Below are positions 42,461 through 51,444 of a stretch of DNA of 64,000 nucleotides, piece after piece (within the stretch, counting starts at the first letter, position 1; each line of letters begins with the position of its first letter). The notes below the pieces were generated by a model. That model had not been told where the DNA came from. It worked only from the letters and a program-made list of their open reading frames with translations, and ran no database searches. The position numbers were made by a program, and so were the translations under genes. This stretch comes from Candidatus Multivorans sp. (GTDB taxonomy: Bacteria; Acidobacteriota; Thermoanaerobaculia; Multivoradales; Multivoraceae). The DNA lies in the NCBI GenBank assembly GCA_965247095.1, contig OZ251997.1, positions 1,664,001 through 1,728,000 on the forward strand. The letters run 5' to 3'.

Positions 42461-44458
42461 GTGACCCGACGAATGCTCATCAACGCGCAGAGTTCAACCG
42501 AGCTCCGCATCGCCATCGCCAACGACTCGGTACTCGAAGACCTGAAGGTCGAGATCGCCGAGCGGGGGCTGACCCGAGGCAACATCTACTACGGCAAGAT
42601 CGCCAACATCGAGCCGAGCCTGAACGCCGCCTTCATCGACTACGGCGCCCCGAAACACGGCTTCCTGGCCATCCAGGATGTCGTGCCCGACGCGTACTAC
42701 CAGGCGGCGTCTAAGTCCCAGCGAACCAAGATCGAGGACGTACTCGTCCGCGGCCGCCCGATCGTGGTTCAGACCACGCGCGAGCCGGAGGGCAACAAGG
42801 GCGCTGCCCTGACCACGAACCTGAGTCTGGCGGGGCGCTACCTGGTGCTTTCGCCCTTCGACAAGACCAGTGGCGTTTCCCGCAAGGTCGACACCGAGGA
42901 GGTTCGCCTCAAGCTGAAGGCGATGGCGGAGTCGCTGCCGGTGCCCGACGGTGGCGGTGTGATCGTGCGCACCAACGCCCTGGGCCAGACGAAGACGGCC
43001 CTCAGTCGGGACATGAACGCGCTGCTCCGGCTATGGAAGCGCATCTCCCGGGACGCCCGCGACGCAAAGGGCACGAGGCTCCTCTACAGCGATCAGGACA
43101 TCGTGCTGCAGGGGCTGCGTGACTATCTCGACAGCGCGATCGAGGAGGTCTGGGTCGATGAAGACACCGCCTACGCACGCGCCGAGCTGTACATGCGGGC
43201 CTTCATGCCGCGCAGCAAGACGGTGCTGCACCGCTACACGGGCCGCAAGCCGCTGTTCTCGGTTTACGAACTGGAACCTCAGATCGAGAACATCTTCGAA
43301 CGCCGGGCGGAACTGCCCGCCGGCGGCTCGATCGTCATCGACCCGACCGAGGCCCTGACCGCCATCGACGTCAACTCCGGCCGGTCGAAGAAGGGATCGA
43401 GTCAGGAGGAGACCGCGGTCAACACGAACATGGAAGCTGCAGCCGAAGTCGGCCGGCAGCTTCGTCTGCGCGACATCGGCGGCCTGATCGTGGTCGATTT
43501 CATCGACATGCGCAGTCCCCGCAATCGCCGCAAGGTCGAGAAGGCGATGAAGGACGCGATGAAGGCCGACAAGGCGCGCTTCAGCGTCGGCCGGATCAGC
43601 GACAACGGGCTGCTCGAGATCAACCGCCAGCGGATCCACCAGGCGCTCCAGTTGCGCACTCACAGCGACTGCCCGAACTGTGGCGGCACCGGCCGCGTTG
43701 CCAGTCCGGACCTGGTCGCCCTGCGCCTGCTGCGCAACATCGAGTCCCACGGCGCCGCCGGCTACATGCGGGGCGTGCGGATGGCCTTGCAACCGCAGCT
43801 TGCCGACCACCTGCAGAACCGGCACCGCGAAGCGCTCGCGAAGCTCGAACGGGAGTTCGATCTCGAAATCGAGATCGCGGGCGAGCCTCAGATGCAGGGC
43901 CGCGAGCCCGAGATCAGTTGGATCGCTCGCGATCTGGCCGAAGTGAAGAAGCGCGAGCGGGAAGAGGCGCAGGAGAAGAAGCTTGAGCAGGAGATGCTCG
44001 CCACTCCCTCGATCGGCGACACCGACGAAGAACTCGAAGAAGTCGAAGAACACGAGGCGGAAGCCGGCGACGGCGCGGCCGAAGGCGCACCGAAGCGGCG
44101 CCGGCGCCGGGGCGGACGCAGGCGGCGGTCCGCAGCCGCGCGCAAGGCGAAGGAGGAGGCACCCAAGGAGGACGGCGACGCCAGGCAGGACGACGACGCC
44201 AAGCAGGCGAAGACGAGCAAGAAGCGACCCGCCAAGGCGAGGAAGACGGCGGGGACGGCCGCCATCAAGGTGCCCGGCATCGACACTCCGGCGGCGGAAA
44301 CTGCGCCCGGCGGCAATGACACGGCCGGCGACGCAGCCGCGGCGAACGGCAACGGAGCGCCGCGCCCGACCAAGCGGCGGCGACGCCGGCGGCGGCCCCG
44401 CCGGCCCCAGGCCGCCGCGGCGGGCAACGAGTCGCCGCCGGCCGAGACGGCTCCCTGA
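42461..44458 (+). CDS. rne: Rne/Rng family ribonuclease with acidic and Arg-rich tail
   Basis: GNIY.G, AAFID, AIDVNSG, LRDIGGLIVVDFIDM, CPNCGGTG. Confidence 0.9.
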   Translation: MTRRMLINAQSSTELRIAIANDSVLEDLKVEIAERGLTRGNIYYGKIANIEPSLNAAFIDYGAPKHGFLAIQDVVPDAYYQAASKSQRTKIEDVLVRGRPIVVQTTREPEGNKGAALTTNLSLAGRYLVLSPFDKTSGVSRKVDTEEVRLKLKAMAESLPVPDGGGVIVRTNALGQTKTALSRDMNALLRLWKRISRDARDAKGTRLLYSDQDIVLQGLRDYLDSAIEEVWVDEDTAYARAELYMRAFMPRSKTVLHRYTGRKPLFSVYELEPQIENIFERRAELPAGGSIVIDPTEALTAIDVNSGRSKKGSSQEETAVNTNMEAAAEVGRQLRLRDIGGLIVVDFIDMRSPRNRRKVEKAMKDAMKADKARFSVGRISDNGLLEINRQRIHQALQLRTHSDCPNCGGTGRVASPDLVALRLLRNIESHGAAGYMRGVRMALQPQLADHLQNRHREALAKLEREFDLEIEIAGEPQMQGREPEISWIARDLAEVKKREREEAQEKKLEQEMLATPSIGDTDEELEEVEEHEAEAGDGAAEGAPKRRRRRGGRRRRSAAARKAKEEAPKEDGDARQDDDAKQAKTSKKRPAKARKTAGTAAIKVPGIDTPAAETAPGGNDTAGDAAAANGNGAPRPTKRRRRRRRPRRPQAAAAGNESPPAETAP

Positions 44459-44516
44459 CAGGCGCCGGCGGCGCCCCGCACCCTTGGGCTGGCTAACCCC
44501 CTGACAACAGGGAGGT

Positions 44517-44546
44517 TTGACAAGGACCCGGCCAATCCATAACTAT
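44517..44546 (+). promoter_or_regulatory. Candidate sigma70 promoter
   Basis: TTGACA at 44517-44522 and AT-rich CATAACTAT at 44538-44546; the -10 is imperfect. Confidence 0.5.
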
Positions 44547-44674
44547 CCCTTCGTAGTCGTTCCGCTCGCGTCGCGAGGCGTCGGCGGCGGTCCCGGGGTC
44601 AATCGGGGCGATCCCGCGACCGGGTGGGTTGGGACCCACCACTTTGTGGATGTGCCCGGAAAGGAGGTGGTCTA

Positions 44675-44719
44675 GTGGAATACTGCAGATGCGGCTTGAT
44701 GGAGGTGGCGGCTCCCTAG
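44675..44719 (+). CDS. Candidate 14-aa peptide MEYCRCGLMEVAAP
   Basis: GTG...TAG directly after AAAGGAGGTGGTCTA, a very strong Shine-Dalgarno. Confidence 0.45.
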   Translation: MEYCRCGLMEVAAP

Positions 44720-44826
44720 GTAACCCCTACCTGGCGTAGGGCGCCTCCTTCGGGAAGCGATCCCACGCCATCCCATCGGCCAAACGCTTGACCGAGCCGC
44801 GCAAGCCGCGGTCCAAGAGCGTCACC

Positions 44827-44868
44827 GGAGCCCCGAGGAGCAGACGCCCTCGGGGCTCCTTCCTTTCC
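44827..44868 (+). terminator. Terminator-like hairpin
   Basis: GGAGCCCCGAGG/CCTCGGGGCTCC 12-bp perfect stem followed by TTCCTTTCC. Confidence 0.65.
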
Positions 44869-44985
44869 GATTCGCCTCAGGGCCCTGGACCCCTCAGAGC
44901 CCAGTTCCGTACAATCGCCCCCCACAATCCTGGTTCCATCCGCGCGCCCGATGACGGGCGTGCGGATTCACCGGCGGAGACGAAC

Positions 44986-47247
44986 ATGGCGGCGATCGGC
45001 ACCCCCACAAAACTGCTCGAGGGCAAACCCAAGGTCAAGGGCTCGCTGCGCTACTGCGGCGACCTCGAACGGCCCGGGCTGCTCCATGTCCGTCTGGTCA
45101 CCAGCCCGCACGCGCACGCCGAGGTGCTGAGCATCGATACCGCGGCGGCTGAGGCCATGCCCGGCGTCGCCGCCGTCATCACGGCAGCGGATCTGCCCGA
45201 ACTCCCGGCCAATAGCCGAGCGATGCTCATGCTCGCGCGCGATCGGGTCATCTTCGTCGGCCATCCGGTCGCCCTGGTCCTGGCCGAGGACGAGGCCCGG
45301 GGCGCGGATGCAGCGGAACTGGTCGAGGTCGACTACCGGCCGCTCGACGCCGCGGTCACCCTGGAACAGGCCGAGGCCCCTTCGGCGCCGCCGGTGTGGC
45401 CCGACGGCCTGCCCGGCCAGTCCGCGGAGGCAGCGGCGCACGGCGCCGGGGGCGCCGGCGACGACGGCGGCGCGGGTCCCTCGTCGCCCAACGTGACGAA
45501 CCGCATGCGCTTTGACCGCGGCGACCTCGCCGCCGGCTTCGCCGCCGCCGACGCCGTGGTCGAACGGAGCTTCACCACCGCGGCGGTTCACCAGTCCTAC
45601 CTCGAACCGCACGTGGCTCTGGTCGACCCGGACCCGATGGGCACCGGAATGACGATCTACAGCTCTACCCAGGCGACGTTCTACATCCGGGACACGGTCG
45701 CCTACGTGCTCGGCCTGTCCCACGAGCAAGTGCGCGTGATCGGCACGCCGGTCGGCGGCGGCTTCGGCGGAAAGTTCCTACTTTACGAACCGCTCCTGGC
45801 CATCGCCGCGACGCAGCTCCAGCGCCCGGTGCGACTGATGATGAGCCGAACCGAGGAGATGCTGGCCGCCACTCCCGCGCCCTCGACCCGGATCACGATT
45901 CGCGCCGGCGCCAAGCGGAGCGGCGAGCTGACGGCGCTGGAAGCCGAGCTGGCGATGGACTGCGGCTGCTTCCCATCTTCCATGACCGCACTCGCCGGCA
46001 CCCTGCTCGGCAGTTCCTACCAGACGCCGAATCAGTCCGTCGGCAGCTACGAGGTCGTCACGAACAAGCCCTCGATCGGCGCCTACCGTGCGCCGCTGGC
46101 GCCGCAGGCGGCGTTCGTGGTTGAGACCGTGCTCGATCAACTGGCCCAGGAGTTGGGGCTCGACCCCCTCGAGATGCGGCTCATGAACGCCTCGGAGTCC
46201 GGCCAGCCGATGGCCTCCGGAATGCCCTGGGCCGGCATGGGCCAGCGCCAGGTGCTGGAGGCGCTGCAGGCCCACCCCTCGTGGCAAAACCGCGAGCAGG
46301 CAAGGGCGGAGGGCCGCGGAGTCGGCATCGCGCTCGGGGCCTGGCCGGGCGGCACGGAGCCCGCGGCGGCCGCCTGCGCGCTCCAGGGCGACGGTACGCT
46401 CAAGGTTCACATCAGTTCGGCCGACATCACCGGCACGAACACGAGTCTGGCCCTGATCGCGGCCGAGGCCTTCGGCGTCGAACCGGAACGGGTCACGATC
46501 GCCACCGGCGACACCTCGAGCGGACCCTTCGCCGGCTCCTCCGGCGGCAGCAAGATCCTCTACACGGTCGGGCCGCCAGTGATTCAGGCCGCCCGTGAGG
46601 CCCGGCAGCAGACCCTGGAGCTGGCCGCGGCCACGTTCGAAGCAGCACCCGAAGACCTAGAGATCGTGGACGGAGAGGTCCGGGTCAAGGGATCGCCCGA
46701 CAAGGCCATTCCGCTCAAGAAAATCGCCCAACGCACGATGCGCTTCGGCAGCCGGCAGGCGCCGGTGTTCGGCCACGGACGCCACGCCCAGACCGGTCAG
46801 GCGCCCGGTTTCTGCGCCCAGCTCGCCGAGGTGGCGGTCGACCGGGAAACAGGCCGGGTGAAGGTCGAGAAGGTGGTCGTGGTCCAGGACTGCGGACGCG
46901 CGATCAACCCGCCGGCAGTCGAAGGGCAGATGATGGGCGGCGCCATGCAGGGCATCGGTTGGGCGCTCTACGAGGAGATGGCCTACAGCGACGACGGCCA
47001 ACTGCTGACAGCGACCCTGAACGACTACGCCCTGCCTCACTTCGTCCACGGTCCGACCGAACTCGAGACGGTGCTTGTCGAGGTGCCCTCGGACAGCGGG
47101 CCCTTCGGCGCCCGCGGCGTCGGCGAACCGCCCGTTATTCCTACCGCGGCCGCGGTCGCCAACGCAATCGCCGATGCCTGCGGCGCCCGACTCACCGAGC
47201 TGCCGATGACGCCGCCGCGCGTCCTGGCTGCCATCAACGGAGCCTGA
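44986..47247 (+). CDS. Xanthine dehydrogenase family molybdopterin-binding (large) subunit
   Basis: SPHAHA, YLEPH, GGGFGGK, AYRAP, VEGQMMGG, GVGEPP. Confidence 0.92.
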   Translation: MAAIGTPTKLLEGKPKVKGSLRYCGDLERPGLLHVRLVTSPHAHAEVLSIDTAAAEAMPGVAAVITAADLPELPANSRAMLMLARDRVIFVGHPVALVLAEDEARGADAAELVEVDYRPLDAAVTLEQAEAPSAPPVWPDGLPGQSAEAAAHGAGGAGDDGGAGPSSPNVTNRMRFDRGDLAAGFAAADAVVERSFTTAAVHQSYLEPHVALVDPDPMGTGMTIYSSTQATFYIRDTVAYVLGLSHEQVRVIGTPVGGGFGGKFLLYEPLLAIAATQLQRPVRLMMSRTEEMLAATPAPSTRITIRAGAKRSGELTALEAELAMDCGCFPSSMTALAGTLLGSSYQTPNQSVGSYEVVTNKPSIGAYRAPLAPQAAFVVETVLDQLAQELGLDPLEMRLMNASESGQPMASGMPWAGMGQRQVLEALQAHPSWQNREQARAEGRGVGIALGAWPGGTEPAAAACALQGDGTLKVHISSADITGTNTSLALIAAEAFGVEPERVTIATGDTSSGPFAGSSGGSKILYTVGPPVIQAAREARQQTLELAAATFEAAPEDLEIVDGEVRVKGSPDKAIPLKKIAQRTMRFGSRQAPVFGHGRHAQTGQAPGFCAQLAEVAVDRETGRVKVEKVVVVQDCGRAINPPAVEGQMMGGAMQGIGWALYEEMAYSDDGQLLTATLNDYALPHFVHGPTELETVLVEVPSDSGPFGARGVGEPPVIPTAAAVANAIADACGARLTELPMTPPRVLAAINGA

Positions 47248-47658
47248 GCCCGCTGGCCCCGGCGCCACGACCGCGGCCGCGGTCGCCGCTGCCACCCTCG
47301 GTAATCGCCGATGCCTGCGGCGCCCGACTCACCGAGCTGCCGATGACGCCGCCGCGCGTCCTGGCTGCCATCAACGGAGCCTGAGCCCGCTGGCCCCGGC
47401 GCCACGACCGCGGCCGCGGTCGCCGCTGCCACCCTCGGTAATCGCCGATGCCTGCGGCGCCCGACTCACCGAGCTGCCGATGACGCCGCCGCGCGTCCTG
47501 GCTGCCATCAACGGAGCCTGAGCCCGCTGGCCCCGGCGCCACGACCGCGGCCGCGGTCGCCGCTGCCACCCTCGGTAATCGCCGATGCCTGCGGCGCCCG
47601 ACTCACCGAGCTGCCGATGACGCCGCCGCGCGTCCTGGCTGCCATCAACGGAGCCTGA
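47166..47658. repeat. Tandem array of a 137-bp unit (4 copies of the 82-bp gene end, 3 identical 55-bp spacers)
   Basis: Units start at 47166, 47303, 47440 and 47577; each 82-mer encodes IADACGARLTELPMTPPRVLAAINGA*. Confidence 0.95.
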
Positions 47659-47695
47659 CCGACAGCATTCGAGCACCGGTACACTGCGGACGAAA

Positions 47696-49801
47696 ATGGT
47701 CCGCGGCGGCATCGAGACTTGGGCGCTGGCGGCCGCCGGGCTACTCGGCGCGTCGGCGCTCGGTGCGCCGCTCCTGGGCGTTGACGGATGGCAGCCCTTG
47801 GGCGTGGGCGGCGCCGTGGCGTTGGGTCTGCTCTACGTCGTTTGCCGCGTTCTGGCGCTGGAACCGCTCCTCGACCGCTCCGCGGCCTCGAAGCGGCCGC
47901 CGCTTGTCTTTCTGCTCCTGCCCTTCGCCTTCTACCTGGCGTTGATTCCGTGGTCGACCAGTACGCGGGCCCCCGACGGCGACGAGCCCTGGTTCCTCCT
48001 GGTCACCCACAGCATCGCCTACGACTTCGACCTCGACCTGGCCAACAACTACCGCGACCGGGACTCGCTCACCTTCATGCCCCGGGCAATCGAGCCGCAG
48101 CCGGGAGACCCCGAGAAGCCGGGCGGCGCGGTCCACTCCCGGCACGGCGCCCTGCTGCAGGCAGTCATGGCGCCGGCATACCGCTTGGGCGGCAGGTCCG
48201 GCGCCATGATCGTGATCGCGGCGCTGGCCGCGCTCAGCGCCTGGCTCGTGCTCGATCTGACCGCGTTCAGCCCAGACTCCCGGGCAAGACTCCTCGTCTA
48301 CCTGACCTTCAGCTTCGCCGCCCCGTTCCTGCTCTACAGCCAGCAAATCTGGGCCGAGGTCGCCGCCGTTCTCCTCGCGGTCGCGGCCTACCGGTGGATC
48401 GGGCTTCTCGTCCCCGACGAGCCAGGCCCGGAGCGCCAACCCACCGGCAACGACGCCGCAGCTGGCCGCGGAACCTGGCTGCTTCTCGCCCTGTCCCTGG
48501 CGCTGCTGCCGGCACTCAAAGTCCGACTCGTTCTCGTCAGCGCCGCGCTCGCCCTGATCTGCGTGCTGCGTCTCGAACCCGGGCGCCGTCGCCGAGGCAT
48601 GCTGCGGCTGGCGGCAATCCTCGCTCCGACCGGAGGCCTGGTGCTGTGGCTGAACCACGCGCGCTTCGGGACCGTGCTCGGCATGCATTCGTGGAGCGAG
48701 CTGGCCCTCTCCCGCGAATCGGCAGCCAGAATGGCGCTCGGCCTGAACGGACTGTTCTTCGATCTCGCCTACGGCCTCGTCGCCTGCGCACCGATCTGGC
48801 TGCTCCTGTTTCCCGGCGCCGTGGTTGCCTGGCGGCGCAACCGCCGCCTCCTCTTCGAGGTCGCGCTGATCGCCCTGCCGACCCTGCTGCTGATCGCCTC
48901 CCGCCGCGAATGGTACGGCGGCTGGTCGCCGCCGTTTCGGTACGGCCTCGTGGTGCTGCCCTTCCTCGCCCTGCTGCTGCTGCCGCTGTTCGAACGGCGA
49001 TTCGATTCCGGCCGCGCCGCTTCGGCGTCCGGGGCCGCTGCCGGAGGGCTCCCGGCGGGTACCTCGGCGCTGGCCCTGGTTCTGGCCCTTGTAAGCGGGG
49101 CGCTGGCCGTGCTCTACGTGGTGGAACCGGGCTGGACCTACAACCTGGCCGACGGCCGCCACCACTTGATCCACTACCTGGAGGCTCGTACTGGTTTCGA
49201 CTTCGCGCGCTTCCTGCCTTCGGCCACACGGCCCCGGAATGCGACCTGGCTGGTCCCCATCGCGGCCGTCTGCCTCGCTCTCGTTGCGGGGCGCGTGCGG
49301 CACAAGGCAATCGCGGCGGCGCTTGCCGGCATCCCCGTGCTCGCCCTCGCCGCCCTCCCCGTCCTCGCCGGCGCCCTGCCGACGCGGCGGTTGGAGATCG
49401 AGAGCGCCGCCATCCAGCGGAGCGGCGGCAACCTGGACCCGGAACGCTGGATCATGGACCGTACGCGGTACCCGGAAGCGTGGGTGTTCGCGGAAGGTAC
49501 GCGTGCCGAAGCGCCGGTGATTCCCGGCGGAGATGAGGTGGAACTGTCCGTGACTGTCCGCCCGGTGCGGAACCGTCCTGTGCCGCTGATCCTGATCGCA
49601 CGCTCCGGCAGCCGCGAGATCGGCCGCCTGACCTTCACCGACGAGGACGGCAGCGACGCGACCGGTTGGCAGACGCGCAAGCTGCCGGCCGCCCCCTGGC
49701 TCTCAGGCGCTCCCCTCGTCCTCGAAGTCCCCTACGGCGCCGGCGAAGCGCTGCCGCCGAACGGCGTGGCGATCGACCGGGTCGACCTGCGCTGGCAGTG
49801 A
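47696..49801 (+). CDS. Polytopic membrane protein, probable GT-C fold glycosyltransferase
   Basis: DGDEPWFL in the first loop, many TM helices, WYGGWSPPFRY, soluble C-terminal domain. Confidence 0.65.
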   Translation: MVRGGIETWALAAAGLLGASALGAPLLGVDGWQPLGVGGAVALGLLYVVCRVLALEPLLDRSAASKRPPLVFLLLPFAFYLALIPWSTSTRAPDGDEPWFLLVTHSIAYDFDLDLANNYRDRDSLTFMPRAIEPQPGDPEKPGGAVHSRHGALLQAVMAPAYRLGGRSGAMIVIAALAALSAWLVLDLTAFSPDSRARLLVYLTFSFAAPFLLYSQQIWAEVAAVLLAVAAYRWIGLLVPDEPGPERQPTGNDAAAGRGTWLLLALSLALLPALKVRLVLVSAALALICVLRLEPGRRRRGMLRLAAILAPTGGLVLWLNHARFGTVLGMHSWSELALSRESAARMALGLNGLFFDLAYGLVACAPIWLLLFPGAVVAWRRNRRLLFEVALIALPTLLLIASRREWYGGWSPPFRYGLVVLPFLALLLLPLFERRFDSGRAASASGAAAGGLPAGTSALALVLALVSGALAVLYVVEPGWTYNLADGRHHLIHYLEARTGFDFARFLPSATRPRNATWLVPIAAVCLALVAGRVRHKAIAAALAGIPVLALAALPVLAGALPTRRLEIESAAIQRSGGNLDPERWIMDRTRYPEAWVFAEGTRAEAPVIPGGDEVELSVTVRPVRNRPVPLILIARSGSREIGRLTFTDEDGSDATGWQTRKLPAAPWLSGAPLVLEVPYGAGEALPPNGVAIDRVDLRWQ

Positions 49802-50060
49802 AGTAGGCCCGCCGTTTTCCAGGAGGCGTGAAGACGGACGCCTCGCACGCGCCGCCGATCTGATCGATGTCGTTCATGACCGTGGACTCGGTGATACGAG
49901 GGCAGCCCCAATTCCGTGGGGATTGCAACCTGGGTTGCCCAGAGGCTGGCTCCCGCGGTTTGAATCCGACGATGCCTTGACGTAACGTCCACCCGTCGCG
50001 CTCGCTCGGCGCCGGCACCCGGCCGCTCCGGGATCCCCGATGACAGCCACGCATAGCAAC

Positions 50061-51374
50061 ATGAACGAGCCAAAGCTCATCCAGCTTCGGAGCGTCGAGG
50101 TCGAGGGCCTCTTCGGGATCTACGACCACCGCGTCGATCTCAATCAAGAGGACCGCGTCACTCTCCTGCATGGGCCGAACGGTGTCGGGAAGACACATAC
50201 GCTCGGAATGATCAACTCGCTTCTCGGCGGGGACACCAGCTACTTCCGGCGGGTACCCTGCAACCGGTTCAGGCTAACGTTCGCGAACAGCGCGGTCGAG
50301 TTGGCCGTCAAGTCAACTGGCGCACAAGCTCAACTCACGTTGACACAAGGCGGCGATTCCGAAACAGCCGAAATTCGCCTCCGTGCCGAAGCCGACGACA
50401 TCGCGCCACCCTACCTGCCGCTTCCGCCTTCCCTCGACGAACTTCGCGAAGGAGAACTTTCTTCCAAGGGCAAGCTCCTGGGGTTGCTCGCGTCCACTCG
50501 TGGCACCCCCGATTCGGGACTCCCGCCGTGGTTTCAAGCGTTCCTTGAGAACGCCAGCGTCCACTTCATCGAAACCCAACGCCTAGTGCGCTCCAGACCG
50601 AATCCAAGGGCTTGGTCCAATCCTTGGTCCAACCCTCGGTTCAGCGACTCCGCGGTGCCGACTGTATTGGAACGAAGCCGGGAATTCGGCGAGCGACTTC
50701 GCGAGACAATGGCGAGTTACGGCAGACAGGCACAGGTGTTGGACCAGACGTTCCCTCAGCGACTCGTGGCGGCCAGAGACAGCTTCCCTAGTGAGCAGCT
50801 TCAACAACGCATGACGGCCTTGAAGAGTGAGACGGATCAACTGAAGTCTCTCGGAATCCTGGACGAAGCCAGCGAGCAACCCAGTCACCGCCTGGATGTA
50901 AAATCTGAGTTGGACGACCCACAGGCCCGCGAGATGACGGCCCGGGTGATGACGCTCTATGTTCAAGACACGGAACGAAAACTCGAAGCTCTCGCCGATC
51001 TTTCGAGACGTGTGCGCAGCCTTTTGGACAGCATCAACGGAAAATTCAGACACAAGAGTCTACGAGTCGACCGCGAAGACGGCTTCGTGGCCGAGACCGA
51101 CTCCGGCACCAAATTGTCGCTCAGCTCGCTTTCGTCTGGCGAGCAGCATGAGTTGGTGTTGCACTACGACCTCCTGTTCCGAGCCAAGAGGAACACGATC
51201 GTACTCATCGACGAGCCTGAACTCTCGCTGCACGTCTCGTGGCAAAAGCGCTTTCTTCCCGACCTGCTGGAGTTCGCCAAGCTGTCCGCCTTCGACGCCA
51301 TCGTGGCGACCCACTCGCCCTACATCATCGGCGAGCGGGACGACCTCATGGTGGGGCTTGGCGACCAGGTCTGA
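50061..51374 (+). CDS. ABC-type AAA ATPase (AAA_15/21), AriA-like
   Basis: GPNGVGKT, LSSGE, IDEPELSLH, ATHSP; no TM partner. Confidence 0.85.
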   Translation: MNEPKLIQLRSVEVEGLFGIYDHRVDLNQEDRVTLLHGPNGVGKTHTLGMINSLLGGDTSYFRRVPCNRFRLTFANSAVELAVKSTGAQAQLTLTQGGDSETAEIRLRAEADDIAPPYLPLPPSLDELREGELSSKGKLLGLLASTRGTPDSGLPPWFQAFLENASVHFIETQRLVRSRPNPRAWSNPWSNPRFSDSAVPTVLERSREFGERLRETMASYGRQAQVLDQTFPQRLVAARDSFPSEQLQQRMTALKSETDQLKSLGILDEASEQPSHRLDVKSELDDPQAREMTARVMTLYVQDTERKLEALADLSRRVRSLLDSINGKFRHKSLRVDREDGFVAETDSGTKLSLSSLSSGEQHELVLHYDLLFRAKRNTIVLIDEPELSLHVSWQKRFLPDLLEFAKLSAFDAIVATHSPYIIGERDDLMVGLGDQV

Positions 51375-51444
51375 CGGCCCACGGCGGCGGCCAACGGCAC
51401 AACGGCCGCAATACGCCCCGTCCCTTCCTCCGATAGAGACCGAG

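Larger units (their letters stand above)
44550..44868 (+). ncRNA. Candidate structured RNA of unassigned family containing a small ORF
   Basis: Promoter-like site, successive hairpins (GGTGGGT/ACCCACC; GGCGT..TTCG..ACGCC; ACGCT..AGCGT), terminator-like end. Confidence 0.55.

Noticed and set aside
44660-44675. 16S rRNA gene fragment on the minus strand
   Set aside because: Similarity is limited to about 16 nt and the flanks do not resemble rRNA.
44986-47247. Aerobic CO dehydrogenase CoxL
   Set aside because: Lacks AYxCSFR, and there are no coxM/coxS neighbours.
47166-47658. CRISPR array
   Set aside because: The spacers are identical, the 82-bp repeat is coding sequence, and there are no cas genes.
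50611-50632. CTTGGTCCAA direct repeat in the ATPase gene
   Set aside because: Small in-frame duplication (WSNP twice) in a variable loop; no further signal.
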